Shown here: positions 1 to 6,869 of the stretch, one piece after another
Numbering within the stretch: the stretch's first letter is position 1
Layout: each line of letters begins with the position of its first letter
Source: Coleofasciculus chthonoplastes F2-STO-03
GTDB taxonomy: Bacteria; Cyanobacteriota; Cyanobacteriia; Cyanobacteriales; Coleofasciculaceae
Assembly (NCBI GenBank): GCA_040222015.1
Contig: JAVJWO010000166.1
Coordinates: 1-12,763, forward strand
Direction of reading: 5' to 3'
DNA length: 12,763 nucleotides
Notes under the pieces: model-generated
Database searches by the model: none
The model's input: the letters and a program-made list of their open reading frames with translations, nothing else
Told to the model about the DNA's origin: nothing
Program-made: the position numbers and the translations under genes

Positions 1-82
1 AGCAAGTTATCTCTCAAATTTTCAGAGCTAGGTGAATCACACCAAGCTCACAGGTTCGTACATCTACTCGGAGAAAAGAAAA

Positions 83-283
83 ATGAAACTCGTTGCATCT
101 ACCGCGATCGCTCTCAGCTTAACATTTTCTACTCAAGTTGGAGTAGCTCCTGTTGCTGCTAATAACAGCATGGAAAATAAAATTAGGCAAGACCAGCCTG
201 TGAGTCCTCAACAGCAGATAGAGGATGCGACAAGTCCCCAGGGTTGTTGGTCATTTTTCCCTTTCGGCATGCGGTGTTTTTAG
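83..283 (+). CDS. Small secreted peptide precursor (66 aa): signal peptide, Q/P-rich spacer, C-terminal Cys-x9-Cys loop
   Basis: ATG at 83 with GGAG at 70-73, preferred over the ORF-track GTG at 32. MK plus hydrophobic LVASTAIALSLTF ending in PVAA (SPase I-like). C-terminus SPQGCWSFFPFGMRCF, stop TAG 281-283. Confidence 0.7.
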   Translation: MKLVASTAIALSLTFSTQVGVAPVAANNSMENKIRQDQPVSPQQQIEDATSPQGCWSFFPFGMRCF

Positions 284-363
284 AAGCTGAACCACATCTA
301 GTTTTCCAGAGTAATCTAGATCAGGCAAAGGTTTCAGCTCACAATATATCCAATTTAAATGTG

Positions 364-462
364 GGGAGCATCCCATTTTGGAAACACCATTCCCAAAAGC
401 AACGATATTTCAATGGTTTCAACCCTCTAGAAAGAGCTGACGCGCAAAATTGGGATGCTCCC
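364..462. mobile_element. 99-bp MITE with terminal inverted repeats and 10-bp target-site duplication
   Basis: GGGAGCATCCCA (364-375) and TGGGATGCTCCC (451-462) form a perfect 12-bp IR, extendable to about 17 bp with one gap. Identical TTTAAATGTG flanks both sides (354-363, 463-472). Confidence 0.88.
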
Positions 463-592
463 TTTAAATGTGGAGCAGCTTATGCAAATTTCATAAATAT
501 CCCTTGGGAGAATATACAAGGAGCAGAGGTGATTCAAACCTTAAGGGGGTGTTGGTTGTTAAACTCTTATTATTGACCCATGAGGTACTTAT

Positions 593-2893
593 ATGGAACG
601 ACACTTCTATCCATTATGGTTACTGGCAACTCTCCCCTATTGCGTTCTGGTTTCAGTCAACTCTGTTCAAGGACAAATTGTCCCAGATGGAACATTACCC
701 ACAAATGTTAATAGTTCAGACAATCTTCAATTCACGATTACTGGAGGTAGCCAAGCCGGAGAAAACCTTTTCCATAGCTTTCATGAGTTTTCCGTGCCGA
801 CAGGTGGATCGGCTTGGTTTGACAACACCTCTACCATTCAGCACATTATCAGCCGTGTGACCGGGAATTCAATCTCGAACATTGATGGTTTACTCAAAGC
901 ACAAGGTAATGCTAATTTATTTCTCCTCAATCCCAATGGCATTATCTTTGGTGCTGAAGCTGCCCTAGAGTTAGGTGGTTCTTTTATTGCCAGCACAGCC
1001 GATAGTGTAAAATTTGCCGATGGCACAGAGTTCAGTGCCACTGACCCTTCAGCCTCATCGCTGCTTACTGTCAGTGTTCCTGTAGGACTGCAATTTGGAG
1101 ACTCTCCAGGACAGATTATCAACCGCTCTCAAGCAAGTCGGGGTGAGCCGCAGGAAAAAATTAATGGTAGTGGATCTCCTGCGGGTTTGAGAGTGGATGC
1201 AGATAAAAGTTTAGCACTTGTAGGTGGTGAAGTTATCTTAGAAGGCGGGAATCTAACAGCCCCAAGTGGACGGATTGAAGTAGGAAGCGTTGGTGGCAAT
1301 AGTTTGGTTATGTTGAATCCAACGAAGCAAGGTTTGGCTCTAACCTATGAGAGTGTTGAGGATTTTCAGGATATTTACCTATCTCAGGCAGCTATCATTG
1401 ATGTAACTGACCTGAGTCCTTCGCCTGTGTTTAATAGTGGAGATATCGGTAGTGGTGATATTCAAATGCAAGGTAGACAAATAACACTCACCGATGGTTC
1501 ACAAATTTCTTCGTTCACCTTTGGGTCAGTCTCAGCCGGAACTGTCGTAGTAACCGCCTCAGAATCAGTAGAATTGACTGGATTTTCAGATGTTCTGGGG
1601 TCTAGCAACATAAGCACTATCACAGGAAATGACGGAGATGCTGGAGACATAAAAATTAATACTCGGCGATTAATTCTTAGAGATGGGTCAGTAATATCAA
1701 CTAGTTCATTTCCAATCATCAAAGGTCCTGTTAGTACAGGTCGCAGTGGAAACTTGTCTATAAATGCCTCGGAATCAGTACAAATCAGTGGTAGTTCCCC
1801 AATTGTCGATGCAAGTGAATTAAGGGTTGACACTCAAACCAATGGAGATGCTGGGAATTTAGAGATTACTACGGGACGGCTGATTATTGAGAATGGAGGA
1901 AAGGTATCAGCAGCGACCTCGGGTGCGGGTCAGGGTGGAACGTTAACAATAAATACCTCAGATTCGGTAGAAATCATTGGTACAGGTGTTGGTAGAGAGA
2001 ATAAGATTAATTCCAGTAGGTTGGAAGCTTCGAGTCAAGGAACAGGCGATGCGGGCAATTTAACAATTACGACCAACAACTTGAGACTCCGAGATGGTGG
2101 GGAAATCAGGGCGACCTCTACTCAAGCAGGGGGAGGTAATATCGACATTACGGCTGAAGATATTCGTCTACGCGATGGTAGCTTGATTAGTACCAGTGTT
2201 TTTGAGAGTATCGGTGGCGGCGGCAATATTACGATTAACTCCGATGTTTTTATTGCCCTAGAAGATAGTGACATTCTGGCAAATGCCTTTGATGGCAGGG
2301 GCGGTAATATAACAATTATCTCGCCTGTGTTTTTGGCCGACCTTTTCTCCAGTGGTCAAGCAACAGCCGTAGGTCGCAACCCCGGTTCCTTTGAGCCATT
2401 TCGCGGGAATGACCGAGTGGATATTTCAGTCGAGGCATTGGGTACGAGTTCCACGGCGACATCTGGTAGCTTGTCAGTATCCTCTCTCAACCTGGATCAA
2501 AATTCCCTCTCATCACTGTCCACTAATTTCGTACCTCCAGAGCAAGTGATTGCCGATAGTTGCCTCACCCACCGCAATAAGGAGCAAGGTAGCTTTCTCG
2601 TTACAGGTACGGGGGGTTTACCGAATAACCCTTATGATCCGTTACAGGGTCGCTATACTGTTACTCAGGTTCAGGGAATTACTGGCGATGCTGGAGAACA
2701 ATCTACTGCGCCAACCGTCAATTCCCCATCCTCAACCCCCAGTTTCTGGAAACCGGGCGACCCAATTCAAGAAGCTCAGGGTATGATGGTAACGTCTGAT
2801 GGACGTGTAATCGTGGGTACGGCTCCTGAACTGGTAGCGATCGCGAATGCGGATGATTTAATCTGCTATCAGGCTGCATCGCAAGACGAATAG
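593..2893 (+). CDS. Filamentous haemagglutinin N-terminal (TPS secretion) domain protein, cyanobacterial beta-helix surface protein, 766 aa
   Basis: GAGG at 582-585 and a signal peptide ending VQG-QIVPDGTL. Haemagglutination-activity domain motifs NLFHSFHEFSVPTGG, SRVTG..SNIDG, ANLFLLNPNGIIFG. Repeated GDAGN/D-x-I-x-T-x-x-L-x-L-x-DGG beta-helix coils. C-terminal C...GSFLVTGTGGLP..P and EAQG motifs typical of the cyanobacterial family. Confidence 0.93.
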   Translation: MERHFYPLWLLATLPYCVLVSVNSVQGQIVPDGTLPTNVNSSDNLQFTITGGSQAGENLFHSFHEFSVPTGGSAWFDNTSTIQHIISRVTGNSISNIDGLLKAQGNANLFLLNPNGIIFGAEAALELGGSFIASTADSVKFADGTEFSATDPSASSLLTVSVPVGLQFGDSPGQIINRSQASRGEPQEKINGSGSPAGLRVDADKSLALVGGEVILEGGNLTAPSGRIEVGSVGGNSLVMLNPTKQGLALTYESVEDFQDIYLSQAAIIDVTDLSPSPVFNSGDIGSGDIQMQGRQITLTDGSQISSFTFGSVSAGTVVVTASESVELTGFSDVLGSSNISTITGNDGDAGDIKINTRRLILRDGSVISTSSFPIIKGPVSTGRSGNLSINASESVQISGSSPIVDASELRVDTQTNGDAGNLEITTGRLIIENGGKVSAATSGAGQGGTLTINTSDSVEIIGTGVGRENKINSSRLEASSQGTGDAGNLTITTNNLRLRDGGEIRATSTQAGGGNIDITAEDIRLRDGSLISTSVFESIGGGGNITINSDVFIALEDSDILANAFDGRGGNITIISPVFLADLFSSGQATAVGRNPGSFEPFRGNDRVDISVEALGTSSTATSGSLSVSSLNLDQNSLSSLSTNFVPPEQVIADSCLTHRNKEQGSFLVTGTGGLPNNPYDPLQGRYTVTQVQGITGDAGEQSTAPTVNSPSSTPSFWKPGDPIQEAQGMMVTSDGRVIVGTAPELVAIANADDLICYQAASQDE

Positions 2894-2954
2894 GCTTCGT
2901 GATAGTTTTACCCAACCGACTTGAACTTATGGGCAAAACTGACAGGCTCCCTGA

Positions 2955-3020
2955 GTGGGGGCGCGTTTAGTCAAATTATCGGTTTGTGAAAAAATGTTAT
3001 CGGTAAAACCCGCCCCTACA
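2955..3020 (-). repeat. REP-like inverted-repeat element, GTAGGGGCGGGTTT family (copy 1)
   Basis: GTGGGGGCGCGTTT (2955-2968) pairs imperfectly with AAACCCGCCCCTAC (3006-3019). Lies between convergent genes and may act as a terminator. Confidence 0.8.
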
Positions 3021-3030
3021 CCCCGGCTTT

Positions 3031-3052
3031 CAGACGTGCCATGCCACGTCTG
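3031..3052. repeat. Short palindrome of the AGACGT...ACGTCT REP family
   Basis: CAGACGTG-ccatgc-CACGTCTG, an 8-bp perfect stem. Same core as the palindromes at 6646-6670 and 6840-6869. Confidence 0.7.
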
Positions 3053-3094
3053 GAATATTGCTTTCAGCTTAAGTTGACACCAATGGTTTAGGTA

Positions 3095-3321
3095 GGGTCT
3101 GCTGCACAAGTCGGAAACCCTTAGATTTCAATGCTTTAAGGAAGTTTTTCGGCTGATCAAGTGCCAGAAAATAAGACAGGATTTGTAAAAAACCTAGCAC
3201 CATAGCGAGGAAGACACTCGCAGGACAACGATTCTGGGTTGGACTAAACCTTCTTCCCTCCTGCATAAAAGCCTCCTGCCTCCTGCCTCTTCCCCCACCA
3301 CAACACTTATTCAGCAGCCCC
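3095..3321. mobile_element. 227-bp MITE with imperfect 17-bp TIRs and 6-bp target-site duplication
   Basis: Left end GGGTCTGCTGCACAAGT (3095-3111) versus reverse complement of right end (3305-3321) GGGGCTGCTGAATAAGT, 14/17 identical. TAGGTA flanks both sides (3089-3094, 3322-3327). Internal GCCTCCT heptamer repeats at about 3271-3289. Confidence 0.8.
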
Positions 3322-3422
3322 TAGGTATTTTCTGGTTGCTATTGATGGTAATGTTTGTGCAGAACCCGCCCTGATCGATCCTTCGCTTAAGGACATAATT
3401 TTGAGGAATCCATGAACAATTT

Positions 3423-3998
3423 TTAACTGCTAAATACCTGAGCCAAATCTTCATTGGACGTTCCCAAGATGCGTGCCAATCGATTCAGTTCGCTATCACT
3501 GAATCCATCCCGTACTTCGATTAACTCTTCCACGGATTTTCCCAAGATTCGGGATAATGACTTAAGCTGACTATCCGGAATATCTTTACCTTGGAAAATA
3601 TCTTTAAGTTGTTGCGGTGCTAATTTGTAAGAGGCACAAAACCGCACAAATTCTCGATTACTAATATCGAGAGCTTGCTGTCGTTCTCTGAGCAAGAATG
3701 CGATCGCACGAGTTCCATGTTCCGGACGTTTAGCTTTGTCCAGATAGTCCTGGATACGCCTGTCGAGATGATTCATGCTAATCCCAGCTTGTTTAAGCAA
3801 GTCGATACAGGCTAGTTTTAAGGCTTTGTTTAACATTTCATTTTCTTCGTGGAGTCGTTCGTACTCATTAAAGATTTCCACCATCTTCGCCGCAAATTCT
3901 GGCGTACAAAACCCAACTTCCATATCCTCGCAGGAAATGGCAATATAGGAGCGGTAGTGATTCAGTTGTAAACGCAATGTCTGGTTATTTGGGCGCAT
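3423..3998 (-). CDS. Hypothetical protein (191 aa) with coiled coil and C-terminal XRE/Cro-like helix-turn-helix region; putative DNA-binding protein
   Basis: Clean ATG-TAA ORF. Coiled-coil segment EYERLHEENEMLNKALK. XRE-like pattern LLRERQQALDISNREF...LKDIFQGK...QLKSLSRILGKSVEELI. Function is inferred only. Confidence 0.75.
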   Translation of the reverse strand: MRPNNQTLRLQLNHYRSYIAISCEDMEVGFCTPEFAAKMVEIFNEYERLHEENEMLNKALKLACIDLLKQAGISMNHLDRRIQDYLDKAKRPEHGTRAIAFLLRERQQALDISNREFVRFCASYKLAPQQLKDIFQGKDIPDSQLKSLSRILGKSVEELIEVRDGFSDSELNRLARILGTSNEDLAQVFSS

Positions 3999-4267
3999 AA
4001 GTCCAACGTTTTTAGTAAAAAAACTATTTTAGGGGAGTTATTTGACCAATTGTGCCAAAGTATAGTTCATACCGATAGTGGCGTAGAATGCAAGAGTTAA
4101 CAATATAGCGCCTCCGCCAAAAAATTGGTGATCTTGCCCTCCAACCTGACTTAGGGTGAATACGATATTCTAGTACACCCTGTTTCCCAATCAGGAGATA
4201 ACCTGATTGTCTGTTACATCGACATTTTGACATACTCCCCCGCTAGACGACTGTTAGCAAGGGTGTT

Positions 4268-4312
4268 TGGGAAGCTGAGGAAGCTGGAAGATGGGGAGAT
4301 GGGGGAGATGGG
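4268..4312 (+). repeat. Purine-rich short tandem repeats (GGAAGCTG / GGGGAGAT units), STRR-like
   Basis: GGGAAGCTGAGGAAGCTGGAAGATGGGGAGATGGGGGAGATGGG. The same GGGGAGAT unit recurs at about 6671-6692. Confidence 0.65.
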
Positions 4313-4325
4313 TGAGAATTCAATG

Positions 4326-4386
4326 TGTAGGGGCGGGTTTCACTACTACCTTTTCGATTGCACCCATAAGTGACTAAACCCGCCCC
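4326..4386 (+). repeat. REP-like inverted-repeat element, GTAGGGGCGGGTTT family (copy 2)
   Basis: TGTAGGGGCGGGTTT ... AAACCCGCCCC. The spacer is clearly homologous to the copy at 10330-10394. Confidence 0.85.
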
Positions 4387-4441
4387 GATTTTCGCAGATT
4401 TCCAGACGCCCCGTGAAAAGTCAGCCCCTGCACATTGGTCA

Positions 4442-4505
4442 GGGCGGGTTTTGTACAAACGTTATTATCAATCGCGACAAGAAAGTCCCTAAACCCGCCC
4501 CTACA
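4442..4505. repeat. REP-like inverted-repeat element, GTAGGGGCGGGTTT family (copy 3)
   Basis: GGGCGGGTTT (4442-4451) pairs with AAACCCGCCC (4491-4500), followed by CTACA. Immediately downstream of the aroA stop. Confidence 0.82.
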
Positions 4506-4523
4506 CACTCAAAATTTTCTCAA

Positions 4524-5885
4524 TCACGTCGGAGAGTCTTGATTGCAGAGGCGTTGTAAGGTGGTGGTAAAGTCGGGGTAGGAAATGGTTGCGGCTTCAG
4601 CACCGTGGATGGTGGTGATACCTTGGGCGTTGAGGGCAGCGATCGCAAGACTCATGGTGATCCGGTGATCGGTATGACTGTCAACCTCTGTACCCGTTAG
4701 CGGCGTGTTCCCGGTGATTTCTAATCCATCGGGGAGTTCGGTAATTTTTGCGCCCATCCGGTTTAACTGAGACGCCATAACCGCGAGGCGATCGCTTTCT
4801 TTGACGCGAAGTTCGGCGGCGTCGCGAATCACCGTGGTTCCTTGGGCGAAAACCGCCGCAACTGCCAAAATGGGAATCTCATCAATTAGACGGGGAATTA
4901 AAGCCCCAGAAATCTCACAAGCCTGAAGACGACTATAGCGAACTCGGATATCAGCAACCGGTTCTCCCGCCACTACCCGTTGATTCTCCAACTGAATATC
5001 TGCATTCATCATCGCCAATGCGTCTAAAATGCCTGTGCGGGTGGGATTAACACCGATATTTTCAATCAGTAAGTCAGAATCTGGGACAATCGCCCCAGCG
5101 ACTAACCAAAAGGCGGCGGAACTAATATCTCCGGGAACAATAACCGTTTGTCCCTGGAGTTGCGCCGGACCTGTGACTGTGGCACTGTGGGTGTCTGGGT
5201 CAACCGTGATTTTAGCACCAAATGCCTGAAGCATCCGTTCACTATGGTCACGAGACAAAGCAGGTTCTGTTACCGTTGTTTCCCCTTCAGCCATTAATCC
5301 CGCTAACAGGATACAGGATTTGACTTGAGCAGAAGCGATGGGGGAATGGTAATGAATCGGCTTGAGGCGTTGTCCCTGAATCGCTAGGGGTGCTAATGAA
5401 CCATTTCCCCGCCCCCAGATTTGGGCGCTCATTTGTTGCAGCGGATGAACCACACGAGACATGGGGCGCGATCGCAAGGAATTATCTCCGGTTACCGTAA
5501 AAAAGCATCCAGGGTGGGAAGCTAAAAGTCCCAGCATCAGCCGCAGAGTCGTCCCAGAGTTGCCCGCATTTAAGATATCCAGAGGTTCTTGTAATTCTCC
5601 CACACCCACGCCGTTAACGATAACCTCGTCGGCGTTCAGTTCCGAAATAGTCGCCCCCATCCCTTGGAAACAACGGGCGGTACTGCGCGGATCATCCCCC
5701 AATAGAAGTCCTTGGATGCGGGTTTCCCCTTGCGCGATCGCACCCAACATTAAAGCACGGTGGGAGATAGACTTATCACCAGGAACCTGGAGAATCCCTT
5801 TCAGGAACAATCCCGATGGTGGGCGAGTGATAATTAAATCGAGTTGAGTTTCGATTTGCTTCAGAGTGACAACCGTAAGGGGCAT
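4524..5885 (-). CDS. aroA: 3-phosphoshikimate 1-carboxyvinyltransferase (EPSP synthase)
   Basis: Motifs [77 protein letters not shown]. Start is ATG 5885 (MPLTVV) or 5915. Confidence 0.98.
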   Translation of the reverse strand: MPLTVVTLKQIETQLDLIITRPPSGLFLKGILQVPGDKSISHRALMLGAIAQGETRIQGLLLGDDPRSTARCFQGMGATISELNADEVIVNGVGVGELQEPLDILNAGNSGTTLRLMLGLLASHPGCFFTVTGDNSLRSRPMSRVVHPLQQMSAQIWGRGNGSLAPLAIQGQRLKPIHYHSPIASAQVKSCILLAGLMAEGETTVTEPALSRDHSERMLQAFGAKITVDPDTHSATVTGPAQLQGQTVIVPGDISSAAFWLVAGAIVPDSDLLIENIGVNPTRTGILDALAMMNADIQLENQRVVAGEPVADIRVRYSRLQACEISGALIPRLIDEIPILAVAAVFAQGTTVIRDAAELRVKESDRLAVMASQLNRMGAKITELPDGLEITGNTPLTGTEVDSHTDHRITMSLAIAALNAQGITTIHGAEAATISYPDFTTTLQRLCNQDSPT

Positions 5886-5957
5886 AGGTATGGAAGGGTT
5901 TAACAGGGGCGACATAAAATTGTATCAAAGAATTGTATTAGGGGTTTGTAATCATTC

Positions 5958-6025
5958 GTAGGGTGGGTTAGGCGGTGTTAAATTTAGGAGACAACTATTC
6001 AATTCGATATCCGCCGTAACCCACC
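5958..6025 (+). repeat. GTAG-type REP-like hairpin element
   Basis: GTAG then GGTGGGTTA-GGCGG (5962-5975) pairing with CCGCC-g-TAACCCACC (6011-6025). Confidence 0.75.
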
Positions 6026-6387
6026 AACATCCGTCTGAATCGGCGGGATTTCTTAGAAACCTTTCGCGGTTATGCGCCGGATTTTTGGGATTGGCGCGAG
6101 AAGGTGGTGAAATTTACCACTCGTCCGCCGTTGAATCCCCTACTTTATCCCTATTTAGAGAGTTTAATTGCGGAGAATTCCTATCTTAAAATGAGTGGCG
6201 TGATGCAAGTTCAGCGCCAGGTGGATATGATATTTTTTTAGACCAAGTTTATGTGTCCCTAAAGGCGGAACATCAGCAGCAGGTGACGGAGTTTAAGGGG
6301 GGGGAGTAAGTTAAGTTTTGAAATGCCGAGGTTCGCAGAGGTTGACGAACCAGGTAGCAAAGCTTACGTTTCACGGGATCTGGAAAA

Positions 6388-6434
6388 CCTCTCTCCAAAC
6401 CTCTCTCCTGCAAGGAGAGAGGTTTGGAGAGAGG
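6388..6434. repeat. Perfect 22-bp-stem hairpin derived from a CCTCTCTCC..AGGAGAGAGG cyanobacterial repeat
   Basis: CCTCTCTCCAAACCTCTCTCCT (6388-6409), loop GCA, AGGAGAGAGGTTTGGAGAGAGG (6413-6434), followed by GCTGGGGGGTTAGG. Confidence 0.85.
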
Positions 6435-6645
6435 GCTGGGGGGTTAGGTATGGAGTTTGCGCCGTCGGAAATGACGGCAAAGACGGTGACGCATAAAGTA
6501 GATTTGGCGGAGGCGGTGGGGAGGAGTCACTATAGTGTAATTTTAGGTGATCCGGGGGCGGGAAAAACCACACTTTTGCGATATCTGGCGCTGCATTTTG
6601 CCATGGCGCAACGGGATGGGAAGGTGGAGGTTTTGGTGGATGGAG

Positions 6646-6670
6646 GTAGAGACGTTCCGGTGGAACGTCT
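6646..6670 (+). repeat. GTAGAGACGT-family REP palindrome inside the NACHT reading frame
   Basis: GTAG-AGACGTTCC-ggt-GGAACGTCT; translates as (G)RDVPVERL. Confidence 0.8.
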
Positions 6671-6839
6671 GGGAGATGGGGGAGATGGGGAGGTATTAGG
6701 GAATACTCGTTTCCCAGTGTTTTTACGAGTTGCGGATTATGCGGAACGGTTGGTGAAACAGCCAGAGTTGAGTTTGTTGGCGTTTCTGGAGGAATTTTAT
6801 CAGCAGTGGGAAGCGGATGTTCGGGATGTGAACGATGAA

Positions 6840-6869
6840 TGTAGAGACGTAGCATGCTACGTCTCTACA
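6840..6869. repeat. Perfect 30-bp REP palindrome inside the NACHT reading frame
   Basis: TGTAGAGACGTAGCATGCTACGTCTCTACA is its own reverse complement and encodes CRDVACYVST on both strands. Confidence 0.92.

Noticed and set aside
244..576. 110-aa ORF ending in RGCWLLNSYY, echoing the QGCW of the small peptide
   Set aside because: TTG start inside the peptide gene, no RBS or signal peptide, runs through the 99-bp MITE, and has no second Cys after GCW; probably chance.
468..2936. Alternative-frame and antisense ORFs over the FHA gene (468-860, 838-1122, 1462-1833, 2550-2786, 2718-2936)
   Set aside because: Shadow ORFs of a well-supported CDS with no recognisable motifs.
2927..3266. Minus-strand ORFs 2927-3109 and 3069-3266
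   Set aside because: Composed of REP and MITE sequence.
4024..4458. Minus-strand ORFs 4024-4233 and 4243-4458
   Set aside because: The second is made of REP/STRR repeats. The first has GGGGAG only 1 nt from its ATG and no protein-like features; more likely the upstream region of the XRE-like gene.
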